Origin: Leucoraja ocellata | Lineage: Eukaryota | Reading direction: 5' to 3' | NCBI GenBank assembly: GCA_036785375.1 | Contig: JAWMAR010000159.1 | Location: forward strand, 3,162,001 to 3,226,000 | DNA length: 64,000 bases | In this document: positions 51,522 to 62,634 of the stretch, piece after piece | Position numbering within the stretch: position 1 is the first letter of the stretch | Layout of the letters: each line of letters opens with the position of its first letter | Notes under the pieces: model-generated | What the model saw: only the letters and a program-made list of their open reading frames with translations | Database searches by the model: none | Told to the model about the DNA's origin: nothing | Program-made: the position numbers and the translations under genes

Positions 51522-51940
51522 CAAAGATACAAAGTGCTGGAGAAACTCAGTGGGTCAGGCAACATCTCTGTAGAAGATGGAAAGGTGATACCTCAGGTTG
51601 GAATCCTTCTTCAGACTGATTGTAGGGTTGGGGGAAAAAAGCTGGAAATGATGAGGGCATAACAGCCTGGTAGATAATACGTTGATACCGGTGAGGAGGG
51701 CTTTTTGATTGGCAATTGGTTGGACTAAGGGCAGAGATGAAAAAACAAAAGGAACGAAGAGTTGTGAATTGTGAAGTTAGAGGAAGGAACACAGGTATAA
51801 TAGGGAAGGGGAGAAATAGGTGTAAGTGCAGGTGGGACACAGAGAGGGTGGTGGGGAAAGAATGGAGGGTATATGGGGGGAGAGGGAGAGTTATGTAGTT
51901 ACCTAACATTGGAGAATTCAATGTTCATTCCATTGGGTTG
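51522..51940 (-). mobile_element. Penelope-like 3' end
   Basis: LQPNGMNIEFSN plus pLTR. Confidence 0.8.
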
Positions 51941-52478
51941 GAGGCAATGGCTGTGTCGGCGATCTGGAGGCGGCCTGACTTCGGGGCTGTGGCGGCGTTC
52001 CGGTGGTGGCAACCCGACTTCGGAGGCTCGGCTGCGGGCCCAGTGGATGACATCATCGGGAGCTCGCAGGTCACAGGTTGGTGACCTGTTTTTTCGGAGC
52101 TCCCGCGACAACGGCTTCGTCTGCTGGACAGGAGGGCGGCAGCTTTGGCAGCTTCGACCACCCTGGGCCGCAGAGTTTGAACCAGCCTGTTCGCGGAGCT
52201 CGGATTCAGCTGCGGGACTGACTTACTTACCATCACCCGGCAGGGTCACAACATCGGAAACCTGGATCGCCTCAGCGCACAGGGAGAACAAGGAGGGAAG
52301 AGACAAGAACTTTAAGACTTTTGCCTTCCATCACAGTGAGGTGGACTCACTGTGGTGGATGTTAAATCTGTGTTTATTGTGTGTTTTTTGTTATTTTATT
52401 CTATGTTATGACTGCAAAGCACGAAATTTCGTTCAGACTGAAAGGACTGAATGACAATAACAGATACTTACTTTTACT
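51941..52478 (+). mobile_element. GC-rich retroposon, 5'-truncated
   Basis: 3' module near-identical to reverse complement of 28370-28570; hairpin 52327-52359. Confidence 0.85.
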
Positions 52479-53256
52479 TAGGAGACTTTACAAATTAATA
52501 TTATAAAATAAGAATAAAGTGCGTAATTCCTGGCTAGTTCTCCTCACCTAACTAAAGGAAACTGAGACCATTTGCAGTCCCTACACCTCTGCTCTCTTAA
52601 TTATTTTTAAAAAACTGCTACAGTGAGTGAGCCACATCATCACATGTTAGGAATAGACCTGAGCATTCCTGGTCTGTGCCTTGTGGGGAAACTGTTCTGC
52701 ACAAGACTACATCACACAAAACTCCATCTATATTTCACATTGCTTCAGGAAAGCAGCCAATATAATAAGGAACCATACATGATTCATGCCTCAGTCACCC
52801 TGTCTTCTCCCAGCTCCTGTCGGGAAGAAGATACAAAAACTTGAAATCACACGCCACCAGATTCAAAAAAGCTTCCTCCACGCAGTTATTCTTGAACGTA
52901 TCTCTCATATGCTCGGGATGAATACCTAATCTTCCAATATACCTCGAGGCAGCCTTTGCATCTTTTTCCCTGTCCTTTCTCTGTAGCTATAACGATGTAT
53001 TCTGCACTCGCTGTATTTTCTTTGTTGCACTACCTTGATGTATTCATGCATGATGTACAACACGAACAGTACAGCACAGCACAAGAACCATGTCTGTGCC
53101 GAACATGATTCACAAACCATCTCTTATCTATCTGCACATAACTATTCCCTGCATATCCCTGCATATCCATATGCCCTTTCCAAAAGTCTCTTCAATGTCA
53201 CAATCACATCAATGTCACTATCACAACCACCATCCCTGGTATCTCGTTCCAGGCAC

Positions 53257-54082
53257 TCAAGAGTCAAGTCAAGAGTGTTTTATTGTCATATGTCCCGGGC
53301 GGGACAATGAAATTCTTACTTGCTGCAATGTAAACATTGTATATAACGGGAAAAAAAGAAATAGTTCAATAAATAACAAACATAGTGCAAATAACAAATA
53401 ATAATATAGTCTTTTGCAGTTCAGAGCTCATAGCTTATTTGTTGTGTTTAATAGCCTGATGGCTGTGGGGAAGAAGCTGTTCCTGAACATGGACGTTACA
53501 GTCTTCAGGCTCCTGTACCTTCTTCCTGATGGCAGTGGTGAGATGAATGTGTGGCCAGGATGGTGTGGGTCTTTGATGATTTTGGCTGCCTTTTTGAGGC
53601 AGTGACTACGATAGACCCCTTCGACGGTGGGGAGGTCAAAGCCGGTGATGGACTGGGCAGTGGTCACAACTTTTTGTAGTCTTTTTCGCTCCTGGACGTT
53701 CAAGTTGCCAAACCAGACCATGATGCAACCAGTCAGAATGCTCTCTACTGTGCACCTATAGAAATTATGGAGAATCCTCTTCGATATTCCGAATCTCCGT
53801 AATCTTCTCAGGAAGTAGAGTCGCTGATGTGCCTTCGTTACAATTGCATCGGTGTGCTGGGTCCAGGAAAGATATTCTGATATATGCACGCCCAGGAATT
53901 TGAAGTTATTGACCCTTTCCACCATCATCCCGTTGATATAAACAGGATTGTGGGTCCTCATCCTTCCCCTACTAAGGTCCACAATCAGTGCTTTGGTCTT
54001 ACTGATGTTGAGAGCCAGGTTGTTGTGCTGGCACCATTTGGTCAGTCGGTCCATCTCACTTCTATACTCTGACTCGCCCCCA
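53257..54082 (-). mobile_element. Rex1/Babar-type LINE 3' fragment with open RT C-terminal ORF, nested in a CR1 tail
   Basis: ORF 53428-54129: WCQHNNLALNISKTK..FKFLGVHI..KAHQRLYFLRRLRRF..FYRCTVESILT..HPGH..LPSGRRYRS..SFFPTAIRLLN; hairpin + tgacaataaa + repeat tail. Confidence 0.92.
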
Positions 54083-55649
54083 ACTGTATTCGTCCAACCA
54101 CCCTCTGTGTAAAAAAAATGTTGCCCCATACAACTTCACCCTTCTCATCTTACAGTTATGCCCTCGTATTTAATTTTTTTCCATCCTGAAAACTATGATT
54201 TGCCTGGATGGCACATAAAACAATATTTGTCATTTTATCTTGGTACCAGTGACAATAATAAACAGTTCAGAGGTTGCATTAAATACACTAAAGTTTCTTT
54301 CCTAATCCAGTATTTTTCTTGTGGTCTGTTTTCAGATGATAAATATGGTGATTTTATCTGATGTTTGGGACAGATTGGATTGATGGCAATGTTGTGAATG
54401 TTGGCAAAGCTCCTAACATTTTGCACATTGTGTACCTGTTAAAATTCATAACCATCTGACTCATGAAAAGACTGTGCATTTCGATACTTTTAATTTTCCT
54501 CTTTTCCTTTCACTTTCTCCTCCTTAGTCCCATTATTTATTTTCTACCTCCACATCTAAACATTTTAATGGAGTAATAAACTGTCAAGACAAGTTTTGTT
54601 GCAGACAGCAGTAATTTCTGCCCTGCTTGAGTACAATGGGTTTAGCCTGAAAAAGCAATTACCACCGGAGTGTGAATTCCATTAGGTGTACATTGTGGCT
54701 CAATAGTGATTTACAGATTTAACCCTTTGTATTCAATGATAAGCAAAATAAATTTAACAAACTCCTATTTCTAAGTAAAAGTACCAGACTAAATTCTATG
54801 TTTCAAGAGTAAAATGGATTCCATCAGTCTTGGATATAATAGAAAACTTCCAACAGTATAATGATATCAAATGGCTAATAACATGAACAAACTGATGCAG
54901 CCCAAGAGCATTCCTAAAATTGTGACCTTCAAGTGTGTAATGGGTTTTGGTGAGACGTTGGTACTTTTGTATAAGAAATGATGTGGCTGCAAGATGAGTA
55001 TTGCCATGAATTCTATTTTGGATTATTTAAATCCAGATTTAGCTATGTGATATTTTGTACAATGCACTTTACTTTAGAAATCTATTATAATGCTATAGTA
55101 TATTTCTCTAAAATTACAGTGCCACTTATGTTTTCATTAGTACCTGCAGAAAGAACATTGTTTCACAGCACTCTGATTGTCAGCAAAGAGCTTTGTGTTG
55201 TTCATTTGTTTTCCAATTTGAGGCATTGTTAACAGGGTTGGCATTTATTGTTTCTCTCTTGTTTCTCATGAGTGCCTGACTAAGCTGCTCTGAATGACAA
55301 TTAGAAGTCACATAGTGTGGTTAAGGACAGAAGGTTTTCCTTTCTAATGAACATGTCTGTTTTCTAGCAATGTGAGAGTTTCCTGGTCACCATTAGTAAG
55401 CCCAGATTGCTTTATTTCCAGACATTGGAAGTTGAATTTAAATACTTAATCCATCATTTTGTTTCCTGGATTACTCAACCATGTCACAGACCTCCAAAGC
55501 TGATAATATAACCACAGGAAACCATGCCTTGAACCTTGTTTCAACACATTAACGTGCATCCACTTAACACGTATAGCATACAGATAACATTGTGAGGCGT
55601 TTCTTAGAAGCCTTATCAAATAAAATGTAATCAAACAAAATGTTCAAAA

Positions 55650-55990
55650 TCATGGTGTACAAAATCATGAGAGGAATAGATCGGGTAGAGGCACAGAGTC
55701 TCTTGCCCAGAGTAGGGGAATCAAGAACCAGAGGACATAGGTTTAAAGTGAGGGGGGAAGATTTAATGGGATAAGGTGGTGGGTGCATGGAACAAGCTGC
55801 TAGAGGACGTAGTTGAGGCAGTACTATCGCAATGTTTAAGAAACATTTAGACAGGTACATGGATAGAATAGGTTTAGAGGGATATGGGCCAAACACAGGG
55901 GGGTGGGACTAGTGTAGATGGAATATGTTGGTTGGTGTGGGCATGTTGTACCGAAGGGCCTGTTTCCACGCTGTAAGACTCTATGACTCT
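55650..55990 (+). mobile_element. CR1-type 3' end (second family)
   Basis: aaaatcatgagaggaatagatcgg...gaagggcctgtttccacgctgtaagactctatgactcta. Confidence 0.85.
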
Positions 55991-56439
55991 AAACCGCTCA
56001 AGGGCCATCAGGGCAGCTGAACAAAAATTCAAAGAGTTAGCTGATATCTGGTCCAAAAAGTGGCATAAAGTTGTGCACAGTCTGGTTCAACAATGATTTT
56101 TTTAATCTAGTACAACAATTGCTATGCTGCTTTCTATTTAGAGGAAAAAGAAAGAGGAGAAGAGGCGTTTAGGGAAAGTAATCCAGATTTTAGGACTTTG
56201 GTAACTGGGGTGGTTATTAACAAAGGAAGAAAATAACAATTTAGGAATGATCAAGAGGTCAGAATGAGAGCAACATAGGGATGGAGGATTTAGGGAGTGT
56301 GAATCAGGAGGGGTTTGTTAGAAATTAGATATAGATTAGCAGGGAAAGGAGATGAAAAGTGAATGGGGAAAATCATGAGAATAGCATGGCAGTGGAGTTT
56401 TCGATTATCTCATGTTTGCAGTGGTTAGAAAAAGAGAGG

Positions 56440-56580
56440 CATGTGCCGGGGTGATGCCCGTTTGGTCGCGAGTAGTCGTACCTTTTTCTGGTCACCGCAG
56501 TATTTTCAACATTTTGAAAATATTCGGCGACCTGCAGCGACTATGACGGGTGACGGCAAGTCACGGAAAAAATCACCCTA
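56440..56580. mobile_element. Fragment of Harbinger-like MITE
   Basis: CpG-rich, internal palindrome attttcaacattttgaaaat, ends gaaaaaatcacc like 45113. Confidence 0.5.
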
Positions 56581-57320
56581 AAAGGTTACGGGATAGATGA
56601 TTGGAAGTTGGCAGAGAGGAAGATTCAAAGCAAATTTGAATGTGTGAAGAAAACAGTGAAGAAATTGAGCTTGGAATGATAGCAGGATGAATGAGGCATT
56701 CAATGTTGTTTAAACTGGGGCAGGTGGATACAGAGATGGGTGAATGTGATGCACCGCATGTGAGATATGAAGCTCAGCCAAATGTTGAAAGGAATGAGGT
56801 AGCAAAACAATACAGAAGTGACTAAAGTTGGAGGTCATATAATAATTTTAAGTACTCTGGAAAGTTATTAACTATGTCTATGATGTTTCAGTATTCAGAT
56901 TGTGGCTTATTTCCAAGAGAAAGAATGCACACAAGTTTACCATTTGTAGTTTGTATCTAGATAACTGCTAGATAAATATGAATATATAGACAATCTCTAG
57001 CTAGTGCCAAAAGAGTCCCTAAAGCACTCTCATGTTTATAGATATTGTACCTACCTCTGTGTCAATAGATTAAAATAGTTGCTCAGTGCGACCATGTTTT
57101 ATTTGACGTATTGTTCCACAGTATTAATGTACTGCTCTCAAATCCATTGAGATCACCTGTAGATAGGCTAAATATGTATCAAGCCAAAGCATTAATGATA
57201 CAAGGTAATGAAAAAGAGAATGCCTGTGCAAAAATAAGATATTGTTGCAAAATAAAACAAAAACAAGTCAGTGGTCATCTAAGATGTGGTCCTTAATGTT
57301 CTGTTCCTATGGTAGAATTA

Positions 57321-57876
57321 AGGGGCGACCTAATCTGCGAGTTTAGAAGAGTGTCTTCGACCTTCAAACTCGCAGCATGGTCGACACAAGGTCCTATGAG
57401 GTCGCTGGAACTCTCCTTCATGCTCGAGGGAAGTTCCCGAATACTCGTGGCCTTAGCTAGGTCGCGGAAAACCTTTTAGCATGTTGAAAATCTTTCCGCG
57501 AGTAAAATTTGGTCGGCATGGGTCTTTTTAACATAGTGCAGTGGAGTGGGGTCGCTATTTGGTTACAGGCAGCTGGAGGCAATCTCCTTCGCTGACCGGG
57601 CATTTTGATTGGCTCATTGGAGTTTTCAGGACCAAGGAAAACCAACCGGAAGTTTAAATGCCTGCTAAACTTTATTATACCTCTTAAAGGTGTCTCCACT
57701 CCTTCTCCCCCCTTCTCTCCCCCTTCTCTCTCCTTCTCTCCACCCCCCCACCCCCCCCCCCCCCCCCCCCCCGCGCTCTCTAAAGGACTTACTGTGCAGC
57801 CGTTTACCTTCCTCTTCATCGCGGGTGTGAATTTTAGACAGCACACCCCCGTTTTCCCTGGCCCCCGCCTTTGCAA

Positions 57877-57916
<40 letters not shown>

Positions 57917-58041
57917 GTCGGTCGATCCAGCTAGCGGTTTCAACGCGGACGGTCGATCCAGCTCGAGGCTTTCCAGGCGAGTGCCCTCGAGCTTGAAGGT
58001 CGAAGACACTCTTCTTAACTCGCAGATTAGGTCACCCAAGT
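57321..58041. mobile_element. PIF/Harbinger-like non-autonomous element with about 50-bp TIRs, C-run and (GT)n
   Basis: ggcgacctaatctgcgagtttagaagagtgtcttcgaccttcaaactcg / cgagcttgaaggtcgaagacactcttcttaactcgcagattaggtcacc; preceded by TTA. Confidence 0.8.
57883..57912. repeat. (TG)n microsatellite
   Basis: Direct observation. Confidence 0.95.
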
Positions 58042-58059
58042 AGGTGACCTAATTTAGGG

Positions 58060-60445
58060 TGATGCAGTCATGCCCATGCCAACCAAAATACCCTATCTTT
58101 GCTGGTCCCATCTGTCTGGTTTGACCCATGTCCCTCTAAACCTTTCATATTCATGTACTTGTTCAAATGTCTTTGAACTGTAATAGTATCTGCCTCAACA
58201 TGGTGCGTAGTGATAAAGCTACTGCCTTACAGTGCCAGAGACCCAGGTTTGATCCGGACTATGGGTGCTTGTCTGTCCGGAGTTTGTACATTCTCCCCAT
58301 GACCTGCATGGGTTTTCTCTGAGATCCTTGGTTTCCTCCCACACTCCAAAGACATACAGGTTTGTAGGTTAATTGGCTTGGTGTAAATGTAAAATAAATA
58401 TTGTCCCTAGAGCGAGTTGAGTAGTGCGGGGATCGCGGGTTGGTGCGGACTTGGAGGTCCGAAGGGCCCATTTCCGTGCTGTATCCCTAAACTAAACTAC
58501 CTCCTCTGGCAGCTTGTCTCATATACCCTCCACCCACGATGTGAAAAAATTGATGTCTATTAAATCTTTCCCTTCTCACCTTAAACCTATATCCTCTGGT
58601 TCTTGATTTCCCTACACTGGGTAAAAGACTGCATTCACTCTATTTATTCCCCTCTTATTTTTTTATTCCTCTGTAAAATCCCCCCCGTGGCCTCCTGGAA
58701 TTAAATTCTAACCTGCCCAACCTCTTCCTATAGCTCAGGCTCTCGAGTCCTGGCAACATCTTTGCAAATCTTCTCTGCACTCTTTCCAGCTTCATCACAT
58801 CCTTTCTATAAGGTGACCAAAACTGAACACAGTACAACAGTGCAACTAATGTGGCCAATGTACTGAAAGACTTTATGACCACCCTATCTACTTATGACAC
58901 CACTTTCAAGGAACTGTGCTCTTGCACTTCTCAATTCCTCTACTCGACAAAGGTCAATTCTTAGTGCTCTTCAGTGCTCAATTCACTGTGAAGGTCCTGC
59001 CCTGATTTGCTTTCCCACCAGGTAACACCTCGCACTTATCTGCATTAGATTTTATTCCTCCGCCCACTTGACCAACTGATCCAGCTGTAATTTTTGATAA
59101 GATCGTCACCATTTGCGACACTACAGGTTTTACTTCCACCTTCAAAATTATAAATCATGCCTTGTACATTCTCATCCAAATTGTTGAAATGAACTGCAAA
59201 CATCAATGAGTCTAGAAGCGATCCCTGAGGCACACCACTTGCCTCTGAAAAATAATGGAATGGAATACTTTGTCACATGTGACTAGGCACAGTAAATGTC
59301 TGTAAATTGCCCCCAGTGTGTAGAGGACAAAACTAGTGATAGCTGTGAACAACATGCACCCAATAATCTTCCACCATCACCCTCTCCTTCCTTCCATGAA
59401 GCCAATTGTCTATTGGGTCAGCTCGCTCTTCCTGGGACCTAACCTTCCAGAGCAGCCTACCATGCAGAATCGTATCAACGGCTTTGCTGCAGTCCATATA
59501 AACAATGTCTACAACTGTGCCTACATCAAGCTTTTTGGTTACTTCAAAAAAACTCAATTAGATTCTTAAGACGTGATCTCCATTGTACAAAATCAAGCTG
59601 ACTTTCCCAAATCGGTCATGTCTATCCAATAGATATATCTTATCCATAATCCTCTCCAGTAACTTGCCTACCGTAGATGTTAAGTTTATGGTCTACATCT
59701 CCCAGGCTTTTCCTTGCTGCCCTTCTTGAATAGAGGCACAACATGAGCCACCCTCCAGTCTTCAGGCACCTCACCCATGCTTAATGATGATACATATATC
59801 ATATATCATAGCCAGTGCTCTTCCAATTTTATCCTTGGCTTCACATGGAGTCTGATGACATATCTAATCAGGCCTCAGAAATGTATCTACTTCAGGACGT
59901 CCAGCACCTCCTCGACTATAATACGAACTGTCTGCAAGACCTCTCCATTAACTGTCCCAAGTTCCTTAATCTCAATAAGTTTCTCCATGGTAAAAACAGA
60001 GGAGGAATGCTCATTGAGGAACATGCCCCTCTTCAGCTGCTCCTCACAGAGATGATCATTTTGGTTTTTGATGGCCCCTAGTTACCCTCTTTCCCTTAAA
60101 CTTCCCTACATAAAATGTCTCTGTATTATCTTTGATATTATCTGCCACGGGTATCTCCTGCAGTTCCTTCCTACATATGCATACCTAGAACTCTTGTCAA
60201 CCCTTTAAATGCATCCCACATTCCGGACGTCCTTTTGCCCGCAAACAACCTGTTTTGAGTCAACCTTGCCAAGTTCCTGTTTAATACCATCTAAGTTGGC
60301 CTTGCCCCAATTCAGAACTTTAATATGTGGGCCTGCTCTTTCTTTATCCATAACCAGTTTAAACCTAATGGAACTGTGGTTGGTGGTCCCAAAAGATTCT
60401 GCCACTGACACTTCAGTCACTTGCCCTTCCCAATTCTTCAGTGTA
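58060..60445 (-). mobile_element. Old CR1 ORF2 remnant containing an HE1-type SINE (58198-58500, plus)
   Basis: YCVQFWSPYRKD..LERVQRR, PQGSLL, VDIVYMDCSKA, KVLNWGKAN. Confidence 0.82.
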
Positions 60446-60454
60446 GACTCAAGA

Positions 60455-61690
60455 GCCTGATAGTTGAAGAAAATTAACTGTTCGTGAATCTGTTGTTATG
60501 GAAATCCAGGTCTCTGTACTGAGTCGCGACAGAGAGAAGAGGATATGGCCCAGATGGTGGGAACCCCAGATGATAGATGCCACCTTTTTGAGGCAGATCT
60601 CATGTAGATGCTTTCAATGATGGGGAAGGCTATGCCTGTGATGGACTGAGTTGCGTTCACCACTCTCTGCTGCCTTGTGCATTTTTGCCAGACTAGGTCC
60701 TGATTCAACCAGTCAGGATGCTTTCTACAGTGCACCTACAGAAGTTAGATTAATTATTCGGTGACATGCCAAGTTTCTTTAAACTTCTAAGAAAATAAAC
60801 ACACTGGCACACCTTCTTCATGATTACATCCATGTGCCGGGCTCAGGACAGGTCATCCAAGATGTTAACACCCAGAAATATGAAGCTGCTAACTATCATC
60901 TTAGCAGACCCAACAGTGAATACTGGCATGTTGTCCCAGGTTTCCTCTTTCCAAAATCAGCAATCAGTTCCTTGGTATCAGTGACGTTGAGCAAGAGGTT
61001 GTTGTTCCGACACCACTCAGCCAGATGTTCTATCGCTCTCCGCTGTGCTGACTTTAGAGATACAGTGTGGAAACAGACCCACTGAGTCGGCAATGACCAA
61101 CCATTGCCTCCGAACACCAGTACTATCCTACACATGAGGGACAATTTACAATTTGTACTGAAGCCAATTCACCAACAAACCTGTGTAGAAATGAACTGCC
61201 GATGCTGGTTTAAAACCGAAGATAGACACAAATGCATGAGTAACTCAGTGGGACAGGCGGCATCTCTGGAGAGAAGGAATTGGTGACATTTCAGGTCTGA
61301 AGAAGGGTTTCAACTCGAAACATCACCCATTCCATCTCTCCAGAGATGCTGCCTGTCCCGGGGTTACTCCAGCATTTTGTGTCTACCTTCAACCTACCAA
61401 ACCTGTACATCTTTGGAGTGTGGGATGAAACCGGAGGAAACCCACATGGTCGCAGGGAGAACGTACATACTCCATACAGCTAGCACCAGTAGTCTGGATT
61501 GATCCCAGGTCTCTGGCGCTGTGAGGCTGCAACTCTACAGCCGCACCATTGTGCTGTCCCTGGAATTCACCCATTTGTCACCACCTGCAATTCGGTCAGC
61601 AACACTGGTGTCATCAGCACATTTGTAGATGTCGTCAGAGATGTGCATAGCCACACAGTCAAGGAAAGAGCGTTCACGTCACTGCCCTGT
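60455..61690 (-). mobile_element. Rex1-type RT remnant split by an HE1 SINE (61050-61558, minus), itself split by a Penelope fold-back (61182-61392)
   Basis: WCRNNNLLLNVTDTKELIADF; SINE and pLTR motifs; imperfect duplication of acaaacctgt around the fold-back. Confidence 0.8.
61294..61327 (+). ncRNA. Degenerate minimal hammerhead ribozyme motif (Penelope pLTR)
   Basis: GGU CUGAAGA A GGGU-UUCA-ACUC GAAA CAUC ACC; window consensus CTGAAGAAGGGTCTCGACCCGAAACGTCACC. Confidence 0.55.
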
Positions 61691-62634
61691 TTCCACCAAT
61701 CTTTCCACCACCATGCACAAGAAGCCCAAGAAACAACAAGACAGACACCATTGTATGCAAAAGCCGAGAAGTGTGTTCAGCTCTGGCTGAACAGCTTCTA
61801 ATTTTGTGTGTGGACTCGATAAGAAGAAGATGGCTGTAACATTGCAGCAAATTACATCTCTGCATAACCCATTAAAATCTTTGTTAAGTTAAAGCGTGGC
61901 CAACAGTGATTGCACTTCAAAAATGCTTTATTGCCTGGAAAGTCATTTATTTGGGGCTATCAGCCTGTTCCTTTGGCAGTATATTAAGAGTAGATCAGGA
62001 GCTACACTGCGTGTCCTTTGGTCATTTATCTTATGTTCATTATCTTATTCAACTAAATATTCATTCAGCAGGCTAATTGCTGGATTTATAGATTCAAACG
62101 GATAAATGCAAAATCTAACGTTAGCAAAGGAGGCAGCTTCATTTTCTGGCAGGTGTACTGAGGCTATTTTGCTTAGTGTACTATCAATGAGCATGATTAG
62201 TATTTTCAAGATTTGTATGGTTTTCAACAACCACTTGACAGTTAAATTCACATTGTTTTCTTGAGTCGCACTACCTTTTCATGTATTTGTTACATTGCTG
62301 AGAGTTGGAATATGTTGCTAGAAACATCAATAAGTCTCAGAAGTTATTAATCCTGGCACTTAACTAACCTAATAAACACAGCATACATTATTGATTGTAC
62401 TACTTTTTAAGTTTAATGATTTGTTACCAAATGTTCCATAATTATTTGTGATTATTCTGTGACAACATGCTCCAATCTTAGATACAGACATGTTGCTCGG
62501 CGAAAAGACCAGTCAATTAGATGAGAGAACTGAATGGAATAAAAACACCAGATCCGAATGTTACAGAAAACTGGCACAAAGTGCTGGGCAACTCAGCAGA
62601 TCAGGCAGCCACCCTGGAGAACTTGGATAGATGA

